A stretch of DNA of 63,081 nt, the filler included, from Collodictyon triciliatum (Eukaryota): the NCBI GenBank assembly GCA_043381765.1. It is 4 parts of 4 records of this genome, joined end to end, with 100 filler letters (N's around TTAATTAATTAA, not from the genome) between each part and the next. Parts side by side here need not be neighbours in the genome. Positions count along the whole stretch, not along the records: positions 1 to 17,203 come from JBHJMP010001028.1; positions 17,304 to 43,244 come from JBHJMP010001029.1; 2 more parts are not named here. The stretch is one strand, 5' to 3'. The position numbers and the translations under genes are program-made. How positions within the stretch are numbered: the stretch's first letter is position 1; every line of letters starts with the position of its first letter. The notes beneath the pieces are model-generated. The model did not search any database and was not told the origin of the DNA. It saw only the letters and a program-made list of their open reading frames with translations. Of the stretch, positions 1 to 23,700 are shown in pieces.

Positions 1-36
1 TTTAATTTTTCCTCTCCTAAAATATTATTAACTATT

Positions 37-80
<44 letters not shown>

Positions 81-143
81 GTTTAAATAAGAACAAATTT
101 AGGGCGATTTATGTTTCCTGCCTAAGTTTTCCTTATTTATCAG

Positions 144-950
144 ACATATACACCGATTATGACCATTCAAGAGGCCGACGATTCTCGAAAGTGGGCCTGG
201 TCTTTGGCCATAAAGCAGACCAAGCAAGTTATTTTGTCTTATTTTGTTAATGTCGAATCAGATGAATATTCATGTGTCTCGGATTTCAAAATGTCCATAT
301 ATTTTTCTTTTCCTTGTTTTTCATAGAGCTTTCACAATATTCTCTGACTGCCTCATAGTTGTTTGGGACATCCAAGTAAGGAATAAAAACCATACATGCG
401 CAACCATGTTCAGTAAAAACATTTGTGATTGTCTATTGTTTCTATGTTGACAACCACCTTATCATACTGCTCTTTTTTTGAGCATCCAATTATATTTCCA
501 ATAACCAAAAGAACATATGAATAAAATCACCAGCATCACCATCCTGTGTTTCCATTCTTGCAACAGGACATACTCCGTTTAAAGCCTGTGCACGCATCGC
601 AGCCTCGCAGCACAGTTAGCGACTGGAGCCCCTCACGCGCAGACCTCGCAGGTGCAGACGCACAGGCCGGCACCACTTGGGCTTTGGACGCATCGCAGAC
701 ATTTCCGGATTTGCAATCATACCAGGGGAAGCCGAAGCCCACTCGAGCAGAGATTCTGACGGCGCTCGAAACGCTCAAGCGCTCCGAGGAAAAGCTAAAC
801 AGTTGGGTCGCACACAAGGGTGAAATCATCCGCAAACTCCGCTCCCTGAAAAACGACCTGGACGATATTCGCGAATGGGCAACGGACGGATCCATGAAAA
901 CACCAGGAACAAGAGACCCGCTCAACCCACAGCAAGCTTCAACCCAATGA
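144..950 (+). CDS. 3' part of a WD40-repeat protein with C-terminal coiled coil (5'-truncated; exons 144-223, 327-375, 567-950)
   Basis: Spliced translation ...SRKWAWSLAIKQTKAFTIFSDCLIVVWDIQDILRLK... fits a WD repeat ending in VWD. The last exon has the heptad-like segment EILTALETLKRSEEKLNSWVAHKGEIIRKLRSLKNDLDDIREW and ends at TGA 948-950. The model needs a GC-AG first intron. Confidence 0.55.
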
Positions 951-1289
951 CTGAGATATATCTCTTGGTTTCAGCGTTCCTCCGTTGCCTTTGTGTGCAT
1001 CGTTCTGTCTGGATTCTATACATAAAATATCTCTGCAAGAAGAAAAAAAAAAGAGGAAAGGTGCGCAGATATCAGAATCCTGATTCTGTATAAGCTTGTC
1101 GCAGTGCGCTTCGTTCAAATCCTTGCTTGAAGTCACAAAAGGATGTCGTGTATTCTCTGCAGCGAGTGCCCAGCGAGACAGTCGGCTCGGGAGAACAGCG
1201 TATCCCGCAGAATGCATTCTGGCAACGCGTTGTCTTCGCCTAAGCCAAATTGACATCGCATCATTTCTCCAACCAAAGTAAATCGGAAA

Positions 1290-1500
1290 TGAAAAAAAGA
1301 AAAAGAAAAAAAGAAAAGGAAAAAGATTAAAACGAAAAGAAAAAGAAAATTAAAAAAAAGAAAAAAAGAAAAAAAGAAAAAAGAAAAAAAGAAAAAAGAA
1401 AAAAAGAAAAAAAGAAGAAAAGAAAAAAAGAAAAAAAGAGAAAAAAAAGAAAAAAGTCTAAAACGAAAAGAAAGAAAAAGAAAAGTGAAAAGAAAAAAGA
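1290..1500. repeat. A-rich (A4-8G)n polypurine tract upstream of the RhoGAP gene
   Basis: Read directly from the sequence. Confidence 0.9.
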
Positions 1501-1635
1501 TAATAAACCTCCCAGCCTTCGGTAAACTCTGGACATCGAAAGGAGGCGCAACACACAAGCCTATCGCTGCTCTGTTGCTCAACAAGTCTGGCTCGGGGCA
1601 CGTCGACCGGCTGATTGTTGAGTCAACAGACAAAG

Positions 1636-4245
1636 ATGCAGCCGCAAAGTCCTCCGCCGCGTATGCGAGAGTTTCCGAGCAGCAAAGAAAACACGAGAAA
1701 ACCCACTGTGGCAGTCAACGACCCAATCCAGTCATCTTTGTCGGCGTCTCGGACAGTCGGCAGTTCCCGTGGTCGAAAGTGGGAAACCAGCGTCGAAAAC
1801 AAAGATCTCCTTGCACAGGGAGACTTTGCCGCAGAGATCAATCCTTCACTATTGCGGGCCTTGGGAGTCGGCATTCAGCCTTATGGTCAGTTTGTTTTAA
1901 TCTTTTTCTTTTTCTTTTTCTTTTTCTTTTTCTTTTTCTTTGTCTTTTTCTTTTTCTTTTTCTTTTTGTTTTCTTTTTGTTTTCTTTTTGTTTTCTTTTT
2001 GTTTTCTTTTTGTTTTCTTTTTGTTTTCTTTTTGTTTAATTAAGCGTTCAGTTTCACATAATTTGTTGTATGTCGGACACGGGTAGACGCTGAAAAAGTT
2101 CTGAAGCCCGATGAACAGCAAAGCTTCGAAGATACGTTGGGATTCTTCTTGGTCGGGAAAGATGATATCGAAGAGAGTGAAGGTAGAGCAAATTATTATG
2201 ATGACTATGTCTAGGTGAATATTACCCAGAAAGATCGTATATATATTTTTACTCATGTAACAACTTTTCTTGAAGTGTATTTGTATAATCTGTGTTTTTG
2301 CTTTTCTTAATCAAATATTAATGGTGATAGTGGGATGTCAATCAGAAAGAAGCGCAAATGAAATCACTGTAAGCTCGTGCCCAACATATAGAAAATATTC
2401 TACTTTTCCCCCAGTAACACTGCACAGAAAATACATATCCTCGTTGATACTTTCAACACCCCCAGTTATGAAAAAAATAATTCACCCTCTCCTTTCAATT
2501 AACAAAACCATTCACCAACATACTTTTGCGCTATTTTCATCATTATCAGGAGAACATATCCAAGAGACTTTCCACATCAGAAGCCAACGAGTTGGCTAAA
2601 CGATTATCGAAAAGAATCACAAAAGACCAGGTTTCTTTCTTAAAATGCTCTGTGTTATCCAAGACCACAAAAAATGCAAATAATAATAGCAATAAAAATG
2701 GCCTCATACGTAGATTCTTAATTATTCACACACCAGTATCACGTATTAATAATAACAATCAAACATAACAGGTTGGGCGTCTGCTTTCTCACTTCGGCCG
2801 ACTATCAGGAACTCTTGAAGAAGGTAAAAAGAATTTATTTGTCTGCTTTCCGACTAGAAAATCTGAAGCCATATCACAAGACCATGAATCCAAGATGAAG
2901 AAAGGGAAAGAGAAAGAGAAAGAGAAAGAGAAAGAGAAAGGGAAAGAGAAAGGGAAAGAGAAAGGGAAAGAGAAAGAGAAAGAGAAAGAGAAAGAGAAAT
3001 AAAAGAGAAAGAGAAAGAGAAAGGAAGAAAAAGCATTAATGACAAAGGAAAATAACACATCCTCTTATCGCATTACGTCCCATCTCTATTATTAAGGTTG
3101 TACGTCAGATGTCGGCACTTCACACGCCCCATCTCGACCGCTTCCTCCACCACCACCATCGAAGCCGCCGCCCTCAAAACCGCCACCGTCAATGCCTTTG
3201 CCACCGCCGCCATCGGTTCCCACTCAGAGCGCACGGACACACATCCACGCATCTGTCGCTTTGCCTCCTCCACCACCGCTCCCACCTCAGCGGGCCCGAA
3301 CAATATCCGATACAACCAAAGAAGGTGCTTCTTGATGCCTCTAATTTTTCTCACTAACTTACGATTACCATCTTCTTCCTGTTCACATGTTTGTAACATA
3401 TACTTAATCAATTTTCTGTCATATATTCGTCTTGAAGCTACGAAAACACAGCCACAAAAGCTTGGTGAGTTATTTATACATCTCAGAGAAAATGGAGGGG
3501 AGGATATTAAGATGTTCAATTACCTATAGATGTCCTGACAATCGTGAATATATATTTAGCAGAAAAGACACAAAGGATACTTCCGCCAATCCCACATGAG
3601 TTGCAGCAGGCCTTCAACTTCTTGGCTGAGAATGGTGCGTGCCAACCGATGATAAAAGAGAGATACACCGAACAATTTTAGGGCTTTGTGAATCTTTTTT
3701 TCTTTATTGGATTCAAAGAGGGCTTTGTGAATCTTAATTCTACATCAAAATGCATATTTCTTATTGTTAAACGACAGACTAGGACACAAAGCGATACAGG
3801 TCTGAAAACATATCTATTCAAGTACCCTAAATTCCGTTTTCATTCACATGCACAGGCCTCGACCTGGCCGGGATTTTTCGAGTGCCCCCGGCTGCATCAG
3901 ACATGGAAAACCTGAACGAGCTCGTCAAAAAAGGTAAATGGGGTTCTCAATTTGGTGATGGCTCGTTTCCCCCTTCTTTTATTTTGTCTTTCTTGTCTTT
4001 CTTGTCTTTCTTGTCTTTCTTGCCTTTCTGCACTTCTTGTCTTTCTTGTCTTTCTTGTCTTTCTTGTCTTTCTTGTCTTTCTTGTCTTTCTTGTCTTTCT
4101 TGTCTTTCTTGTCTTTCTTGTCTTTCTTGTCTTTCTTGTCTTTCTTGCCTTTCTCGTCTTTCTTGCCTTTCTCGTCTTTCTTGTCTTTCTTGTCTTTCTT
4201 GCCTTTCTCGTCTTTCTTGCCTTTCTGCACTTCTTGTCATTGTCA

Positions 4246-4334
<89 letters not shown>

Positions 4335-5999
4335 TTTAATTGTCCTCATTCATTATCTCGTTCATGTTCTTGATGAATCTGGAAAGACGCTAGTGAAAAA
4401 TAGAACCGCATCCTATTATTAAATAGAGTGTTCACGGTTCTCAGATACGAACTGGGTTTTTCCAAAGGACATCGATCCTCACGCCGTCGCGTCTTTTACA
4501 AAACAGTTTTATCGAAACATGCCAGAGCCCGTCCTTACATTCGATTTGTACGATTGCTACATGGCTGCTGTGGGTAAGTTTCCGCAGAAGATATTCTGCT
4601 GTTGAAATAAAAAAATTTTTTTTTGCATATCTCATGCACGATTATCTATTTGGTTTCATTCTTAAAAGTTAGCTGCGTTGGTTGTTTTTTATTAAACTGA
4701 TTTTATACGATGTTTGTTCTCATTTCTACTTCTATAAGGAATCCCGGACCAGGAGGCGCGGGTGAATTGTGTGACTTACTTGATATCAACGATTCCACCA
4801 AAGCTTCTGGCCCAAACATTTGCTTTATTCTCATTCCTCAAGCGGGTTTCTGATCGAAGTGAAATCAACAAAATGGGCTCCAAAAACCTAGTTTGCCAAT
4901 TTAACTAGCAATTTCCCTTTTAACCCATAGGCCTGTTGTCCTGCTATTTGTTACTATTGCTATCGCTATAATTTATTTATTGTTTTACTGGAGCGATAAT
5001 CGAATATCTGCAAATAGACCCTTTTTTGTACCTTCCATCTTACATTTGTACTGTCCCTTGCGCAACGCCATCCACACGATACAAGATAGACAACAGCAAG
5101 ACAAGAGCGAGAGCAGCTGACTAATAGTCTCGTCCGCACAGGCCACCGTCTTTGCGCCAAACATCCTTCGGCCGCGCGAGCAGACAATCGAGCAAATGAG
5201 TCAGGACGTGCAGAAGCTTCCGGAAGTGGTTGAGCTCATCATCGACCACTTTGAGACAATCTTTGAGGTATGCGCATCGCCCACCAGCAAATGCGATGCA
5301 TTAAGCGATTAAGCCAGGAATCTGTCTCTCTGTCTCTCTGTCTCTCTGTCTCTCTGTCTCTCTGTCTCTCTGTCTCTCTGTCTCTCTGTCTCTCTGTCTC
5401 TCTGTCTCTCTGTCTCCCATTCTTTCTCTCACACGCACGCATACAAACGCAGGACTGCATCCCAAGAAGGAGGCCACCTCCGCCGTTGTCGAGAGCAGCC
5501 ACCGCGGGTCAACTCGTGCTTCCGGTCCCGCTTCACTCGCCCACAAAGCCCGCAATGCACGCAAACACAGAGGGCCATCCAACCGCGCCGGAGCGCCCTA
5601 AAGCAATCTACCTGCCATCCAGACACGCGCCTGCATCTGCGCCTGCGCCTCCACCTCCACCCAACATTCCCGCCCCCGTCCCGCCTGCACAGTCGCGGCA
5701 CAATCCTCTCCACACAACATGGGGCCCGTCCACGATGATGCCGCCCGCACTGCCGCAGACCAGCCGCAGCGCCCTTGCAATCCGGCCAGGCGCGACAGCA
5801 AACACCCAGCAGCAGCCCGCGACCAGCGAAGTCTCGGCCCGCGGTATGTCTGCGCAATCCCGTTTTGAATCGCAATCTGCAGTCCGCAGCTGCATCTCGA
5901 TTAAGCTATCCAACCACAACAGACCCGCGCCCAAAGACCCAGGCACCAGGCGCGGCCCCTGCAAACGCGCCCCCGCCACTGCCTCCGCGTCCCCGATGA
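1636..5999 (+). CDS. RhoGAP domain protein with poly-proline regions (multi-exon)
   Basis: GT-AG exons join to give [27 protein letters not shown] (Arg finger CGA 3879-3881), [28 protein letters not shown] and [30 protein letters not shown]. Pro-rich exons lie at ~3109-3324 and 5453-5843. The last exon (5923-5999) ends PPPLPPRPR*. Confidence 0.9.
1900..2036. repeat. Intronic (TTTTTC)n/(TTTTG-TTTTC)n microsatellite
   Basis: Direct reading; lies in RhoGAP intron 1. Confidence 0.9.
2900..3030. repeat. Intronic (AAAGAG)n/(AAAGGG)n microsatellite
   Basis: Direct reading. Confidence 0.9.
3984..4332. repeat. Intronic (CTTGTCTTT)n 9-mer minisatellite followed by (TAT)n
   Basis: 9-mer array at ~3984-4232 with variant units, then (TAT)n at ~4247-4332. 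Confidence 0.95.
5320..5415. repeat. Intronic (TCTGTCTC)n repeat
   Basis: Direct reading. Confidence 0.9.
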
Positions 6000-6233
6000 C
6001 AGGCCGCTTGTGCAATGTGCATCGACCGCACTTACGATTACACTCTTACACTCACCACCACCACATACACCCAAACCAAATCAGCTCACCCACTCATCGT
6101 ATTTATCACCGCGTATAGTCCTGCAAGTCTGCGGCCTTTGGGCAGCGCCGACAAATAAACACCCACCACACTTTCTTCGGCTGCTGCATAGATGGCGGGT
6201 CGGCACTTTTATTTGCAGGCAGAGAAAACATTG

Positions 6234-16971
<10,738 letters not shown>

Positions 16972-17049
16972 CTTTGAGTGCGATAGTTACGATATCAGAT
17001 ATGTAATATATGAGGATGAGTATAAATTCACGGGCTAACAAGGTGTTCA

Positions 17050-17368
17050 TTGTTTTGTTTTGTTTTGTTTTGTTTTGTTTTGTTTTGTTTTGTTTTGTTT
17101 TGTTTTGTTTTTGTTTGGTTTGGTTTTTTTTGTTTGGTTTGTTTTTGTTTGGTTTGGTTTTGTTTGGTTTGTTTTTGTTTTGTTTTTTTTTTTTGTTTTT
17201 TTTNNNNNNNNNNNNNNNNNNNNNNNNNNNNNNNNNNNNNNNNNNNNTTAATTAATTAANNNNNNNNNNNNNNNNNNNNNNNNNNNNNNNNNNNNNNNNN
17301 NNNTTTTGTTTTGTTTTGTTTTGTTTTGTTTTGTTTTGTTTTGTTTTGTTTTGTTTTGTTTTGTTTTG

Positions 17369-17396
<28 letters not shown>
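17050..17396. repeat. (TTTTG)n arrays at the contig ends on both sides of linker 1
   Basis: Arrays at 17050-17203 and 17304-17396. Confidence 0.9.
17204..17303. other. Artificial contig-joining linker (N44 TTAATTAATTAA N44)
   Basis: Exactly 100 bp, places stops in all six frames, and recurs identically three times. Confidence 0.97.
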
Positions 17397-17399
<3 letters not shown>

Positions 17400-17704
17400 T
17401 CTTCTGCTTTTTGGAATGCGGCTGTCCAACTTTTCACTTTGTAAACTGGATAATAGTTTCTGTTTCTCACAATCTTTCACAGCAAACGGAAGAAATCAAC
17501 GTGATCGAATCTGCCGTGTCGGTATTTCTTGAAGGGATAAATAGATAAAAGAAAAAAAATAATGAAAAAGTAAATAAAAATGAAATAAATAAAAAAAAAT
17601 AGACAAAAAAATGAAAAATGAAATAAATAAAAAAAAATAGACAAGATTAAGAGAATGTAAGAGTTTATTTGCATGAGTGGTTCGCGGTTTTCCGTTCTGC
17701 AGTG

Positions 17705-20700
17705 TCACGATTCGTCCTCCAACAAAACAGCAAAGTAGACCCAAACAGAGAAGACGTCGTTGTCGTATGCTTTTGCATAAACGCTGAGGCTGAACTGGGC
17801 ACTCGGATCTTCCACGCTGTGTTTTATGTGTGTTTTGTGTGGTGGCAATGAGCGAGTGTGAACATCTCCAGACAACTGTCGCTCAAAGATATAAATATGT
17901 GTATGTGTGTATGTGTGTGGGAGGTACAGAGACGACCGTTTCATGGGTAAAGCGCTAATATCTTTTTGTTTTTGTTTTTGTTTTTGCTTTGTGTTTTTGT
18001 TTTGTGTTTTGTGTTTGTGTTTGATGGGTGATGGGTGATGGGTTATGGAGAGGATTAACCTGTGGATGTCGAGTCGAAATACTTGGTCGATGATTGAGTG
18101 ATAATCGGTGAAAGTCATGTTAATGGGTACGCCGTAGATTCGGTACCTGTGTCGATTACATAAAGAAAATAGATAATTTGTTTTGTTTTGTTTTGTTTTG
18201 TTTTGCTTTGTTTTTGTTTGCTTTGCTTTGTTTTTGTTTGAAGGGTGAAAAAACCAATCATGTAAGCCTTGGTTCGTGATATGAAACAATTGAGTTGAAA
18301 TAATCGCATTATTGCTGCTTCGTTGTTGCGCATGAAGGGAAACCAAACATGAATGATTTGCTTCTTGCACATCGCCCACAAGAAAAGAGAAAATGGATAT
18401 GTTAATTTTTCCAGCTACTTACACATTTGAGTACCGTTCGAATTCACCTTGGATTTCAGTGTAGTTGATTTGCTCTCCATCAAAATGCAGCTGTTCAAAA
18501 CGGGCACAGAGTTTGTAAAGCGTGCGATTACACGCCCTGTTTTTATTGATAGAAAAGTGAGGATTACTACCGGTATTTCAAAGGTCAATAACTTCCTTTT
18601 TTTCTTCGTTTTTTTTTCTTTGAGAGGTCTTATTAAATATATGCGTATCGGGAATACGATTTGCCTTCATGAAGTTATTTTCTTTTTGGTGGAGGGGTTT
18701 TGCATTCAAAAGGCGACATTTATGTGGTGTTATCATAATCAGAGAGAATTACTGATTCCATCTGGTTGAAAAGCGCGCACTTCTCCATTCCTCCACTTTT
18801 GTTTTCAATATGCTTTCCAGGTCTCTGCAAAAATAAAAAAAAAATAAAAATAAACGATAGCACGGTGCTTGTCAAGGAAACTTCAAGCAGAAAAATGAAA
18901 ATGAATAAGTGGACTGATACAAACGAGAGCAAGTTTCCTTTGATTCTCAATGGAAAAAAAGAAAAAGAAAAAGAACGAAATGCTCCAATAAAGATTTTGA
19001 TGATTAAAAAAAAAATCAATTTAAACATATGTCTTATAAACTAATCACCCAGCGATGTCCTTAGCTCGCCCCTCACTCGCTTGAGTATATTTCAGAGGAA
19101 TAATCTATGTTGCATGTAGATACTGATGTTGAGAATCTTTTCCTCTTCTTTTTCTTTAAGAAAATATCAACAACATATCTAAAATCAACTAGAGTTATTT
19201 TTGAGATGGAAGGAATATACGCGATGAATCTTCTATGACCTGTACTGTTTCCAAGGGCATACTCGGGAATTGAGGCGTGAACACCGGAGACCACATGCTC
19301 GGATTGTCAAGGTCAAACGAAAGTAGAGGAACACCTTGTTCCTTCTGAATATTGCCCCAGACCTAAGGACAACAGTCCCGGTGTTTACCATCAATCCATC
19401 AGAAATATAATCGGCAACATAGTGGCAAAAGAAGATAAAGTAAGGTTTGTGCCTGTCACCACACATGGCGAAAGAAACTTACATTTGTATCGTTGAATAT
19501 CATCTGAATGCTTTGCAATGGATTCTTCCAATCCGAACTTTCATATTTCATTCCAGTTCTCCAAGTAGAAAGTCGAGACGAAAAATAAATAAATTGTATT
19601 ATCAAAGAGTTTATTTTTTGGTTAGTATAGAATATGCTGTGGTAGATAATCACAAAAATCTGTGGGTATTGTGATACAACAACGTGGTACCTTGTGTTCC
19701 AAAAATAAACCTTCCCGCCTTCTTTAGTCATAACATACGACGTGTTGCCCTCAGGAATGCCGTTTCCAATCACAACATATGAGTCCTGGATGCATAATTT
19801 ACAACAATTCAGTATACATATGCATACACCAACTCTTAAAGACTGTATCGCATTGGTTTATACGATTCATTCAAAGATAAGCATACATGATTTACAACTT
19901 TTTTTTGGAAAAAATAATACAATTCTCAAATACAGCAGATAATTGCACAGAAGAATAGCGTGTTCCTCGTAGTCACCGCCTCCAAGAGCAAGAAAATGCT
20001 ATAGGTGGTGAGTTCCGATTAGATCATGTTCATAGGAAATAAATCCTGATACAAGAAAAGCACACAGATTGCTACACGACCAAAAAAAAAAATCAGTGGA
20101 TTCTTTTTCTTCAATAATTTGTTGCAAACCTCGGATGTGTTCCACAAGTCGAGTTGTCCATACGAGACAGCATCATCAACAAAAGGAATTAGAGAAACAA
20201 AGTGCATGGCTTTGTGTGGTGTGTCGATGCCGATTGGCGGCTCCGTAGAAATGATGAACCGCGTCACAAACACAGTTTGTCCGTCGATGCCAATTACAAG
20301 TGGCTAATATGTGGCAATTAGAAAATATATTAAATTTTCCTCGTTATTCGTCCTCTATGCATTAGTGATTGATGAAAGCAAAGTAATGTAAGTCGGACAA
20401 ATAAATTATTTTATTTTAAAAAAAATGGCGCAACATACAAGAACAGATAAAAAAAAAAACGCAATATGTGAGATATAGTCATTCAAGAAAACAAAATTGA
20501 AATACATCGGGATTTTTTGGGATTTGTTGCATCCATGTTTTGCATCGTTCTGCAAGAATGGGGTCCTCAGAGCTCAGAACCTTGAGAATAAGAACAGGGG
20601 GGTTTCAGATAAAAAAAAATTATGATTGATTTCATATAATAGAGCATCGCCCTTCTATTAACCAGGTAAACAAGTAGTTCAAGATGGATGCAATAGTCTC

Positions 20701-23700
20701 GCACATCAACGTATGGCTCTGATTTCGGCAGTGGAGGGTCCAGAGTTATGTAGACGCTGATATAGGACGATGCGCCTTTTGCTTGATCGTATCCCAATAG
20801 AAAAGGTGGAGTGCTGAGCTGGAAGACCCCTTCGATCTGTGTGCCAGTTAGAAAATGGTGTTGGATGCAAAGTTTTCTGTGGTTTGGACGGCGTAAACGA
20901 TAGAATATTTCTCATCATGTGTTTTTTATCAGAATTATTGGGAATATAATGTCCATTAATTTCATATGATAGCTTTTTTTTAATATTAATAGTTTCTTTA
21001 AAAGATGAGTAAAATGGTAGCCTACTCTGTTATTTGTGTACAACGTGAGGAAAGGAATAGATAAGCTTCCGATCCAACGCTTTTCCTTTCTTTTGATAAT
21101 CAAGCTCCTATCCCGGTCATCCTAGATATTATGAAAGCACACATCAATATTATTTGAAATCATATAAATGTATGAGAAGTATGTTGAGATGTTTATACTT
21201 GTCTTAAATAGCAGTGTCAACCACAAAATAAAACAAAATATGATTACCCCTTTCACATCGGTAAGCATAGAGTCAAAAACATTGAATGTGATGCAATCGG
21301 TGATAGTGGATAATGTAGGAGGTGAAAAGTCATCGCCTATCGCAACGTGCGTTGAGGTTAGTTGTTGGTATTATTTTACAAAGAGTATCTCATCAGCTGC
21401 ATAAACCCCGATTAGATTGAAAGGCGATACCTGGCGGTCGAAAATCTAGGGTGAATCCTTCGTTCCATTGAGGATTGAAAGATGTCGATGTGACTGTACT
21501 GAGACGGTGAGTTTGAAAATTGATCTCAACAAAAGGTTGCAGTCGCTGGTGTCGGCAAGTGATTTGATGAAAAAGAGAATAAATGGATTGAAAAATTTGA
21601 AATACTTTGGTTTTCTTTGTAAAAAGGTAACAAAGGGGAACTTATACCTTGAAATCGCATGTGGTTAATTTAATATTATAATTAATATGTTGGTTTTTTG
21701 AAGAAAACATGACTGCAATACCGAGTCCTGAATTGCATTAAGCTCAATGTCAAGTTGACCCGCTTCATCTTTCGCTTGTGCGATATCATCGGTTTGCAAT
21801 TTTCTTGCTGGGAGATTTTCACTAGAGTGACATAAGTCATATTTATTTGCAAATATCAAAACAAAAGAAAATGTTGTAACTGACAGGCGTCATGCAAAAT
21901 TAATTATATTGGTTTCGAATATGGTCATGCTCTTTAGCTATTTTGCAACACACCCTCGCTGAATTTGAATGTGTATTTTGCAGTTTTGAGGATGCGCAGA
22001 AAGTAATTTGATTTCTTTTCGGTGTGGACGCAAAGGCCTGTCGCGGATAAAAAGCTGCTTTATGACATCTAATGCGACGATGAAATCCTAAAATATTTTG
22101 TTTAGCATTACGTTAATTTCTCTGAAGCTTTCTTTTTAAAAAAAAGCAAGCAATATGGCGATAAAAATATAGTCCTTTTTCTCATTCGGTATGAAGAGTA
22201 TTTCTGTGTGAAAATATGTATCCCCTTTCGTCATACCGGAAGAGGCTGTTCACGAACAACATCGGGCAAGGCTAATTTCTTTTTCGGTCGTTGCACTTTT
22301 CGAAGGACGTCATTTCGCTGAGCCTAATTATATTGTGGACTTATTTTTATAGAAAATCATCATCACTGAATTGGCTATTCAAAGGACTCATTTGGTTATC
22401 TTGGTGATATTCTTTGATGGTGTTTCAATTTACGTTATCTGTTCGATCACCAGGCGCCTCCATAACATTGGCGTAATTATCTGAACTAAGCTCCTGGACC
22501 AGTTGGTCGTCGATTTCTTCGTCAAGTAAAGGTACTTTTACAATTCTTGTTAGCTGGCATTCGAGATTTGTGGTTAATATTTGAGTTCTGGATGGATTTT
22601 ATTATTTTGGAAAGTGCGCAGTATTTGCTTAGATCTTTGACCTAATTATTCCAGCTTCTTTTTTTTTTTAAAAAAAAAAAATTGTACTTTTTCGTGCCGC
22701 AAATGCAGCAAACGATGCCTCTTTGAGGTAAATGAGTCCACAGAAAAGGTTGTGTAATGGTCGAATCGCTTAGTGCTGAAACCCTCGCTCTCTGAAGCAT
22801 CCAAGTCACTGAAGTGAAATGTTTGTCGTCAATGAACAAAAGGGGGAACAACTGCGTCCAAGACTCGGCAGATATCTCAACAGAAATGGAATGAATCAAG
22901 AACAAGATGTATGATAGAGAATAAGAAAAAGTTTTGGTTACTTTGCGTGCAAGATGGATGCTATTTCGGCGTATTTAGGATTGTTGGGGTCGATGTCTCC
23001 AACCTTCACCCATTCCTAGACATATTGAAGATTTTCTAGTTATTAAATCGGCAGCAAGCACAGATGAAAAGAGATGTTGAGAGGAGCTATCACAAAGTAT
23101 AAAATTTGCTGTTGTTGAAGGAAAAAAAAACATTTTCTATTTTTGGATACAGTTAAAAATATGAATATCGCATTTACCATTTATATGAACAACAAAATCA
23201 TATATCAGTTTGGTAAGGTTCGTAACAATATTAAAATATATCCATTTTAACCTTTAGTTTCTTAAGGTCAAGTATTCCTTGGCGTCCTTTTTGGGAATAT
23301 GACCTAATCATTTGTGTTTCGGAAATGAAATTCAAAATTAACTTTGAAGAAAAATAAATAAAAATAATGAATGATGACAACAAGAAAAAGAAAATAAAAG
23401 AAAATAAACATTCCATCAGATATGTACACGATTAAAAAAATAAAGTAGAAAAATAGAAAAAAAACCTTGATGGACCACGTGGAGGTGGAGGAACAATAGT
23501 TTCAGAGTGCGTTTGCGTTTGTATCTGTGTCTTGAGTTTTTCACTTTCCTCTGGAAACGCTGCAACCCAACGCGACCGAACATTAACCACACCTGACACG
23601 GTTTTCTTTTCTCCGATAGGGAGATAGTTGGGCTAAATGATTGAATAACTTGATAGAGCGAAAAGGATCATCTTTTTCTACGCACTCGTTTGCTTTGAAA

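Noticed and set aside
1113-1122. B-box-like GTTCAAATCC (possible tRNA or SINE)
   Set aside because: No A-box or cloverleaf could be built around it.
1897-2256. Minus-strand 119-aa ORF
   Set aside because: It is antisense to RhoGAP exon 2 and runs into a microsatellite.
3882-4422. Low-complexity ORFs (poly-CLS, ERQ, poly-Y/I/L and similar elsewhere)
   Set aside because: They are translations of intronic or intergenic microsatellites. The arrays have no spacers, so they are not CRISPR either.
17248-17259. TTAATTAATTAA palindrome recurring three times (also 43289 and 59686)
   Set aside because: It is an assembly spacer flanked by exactly 44 Ns on each side, not biological sequence.
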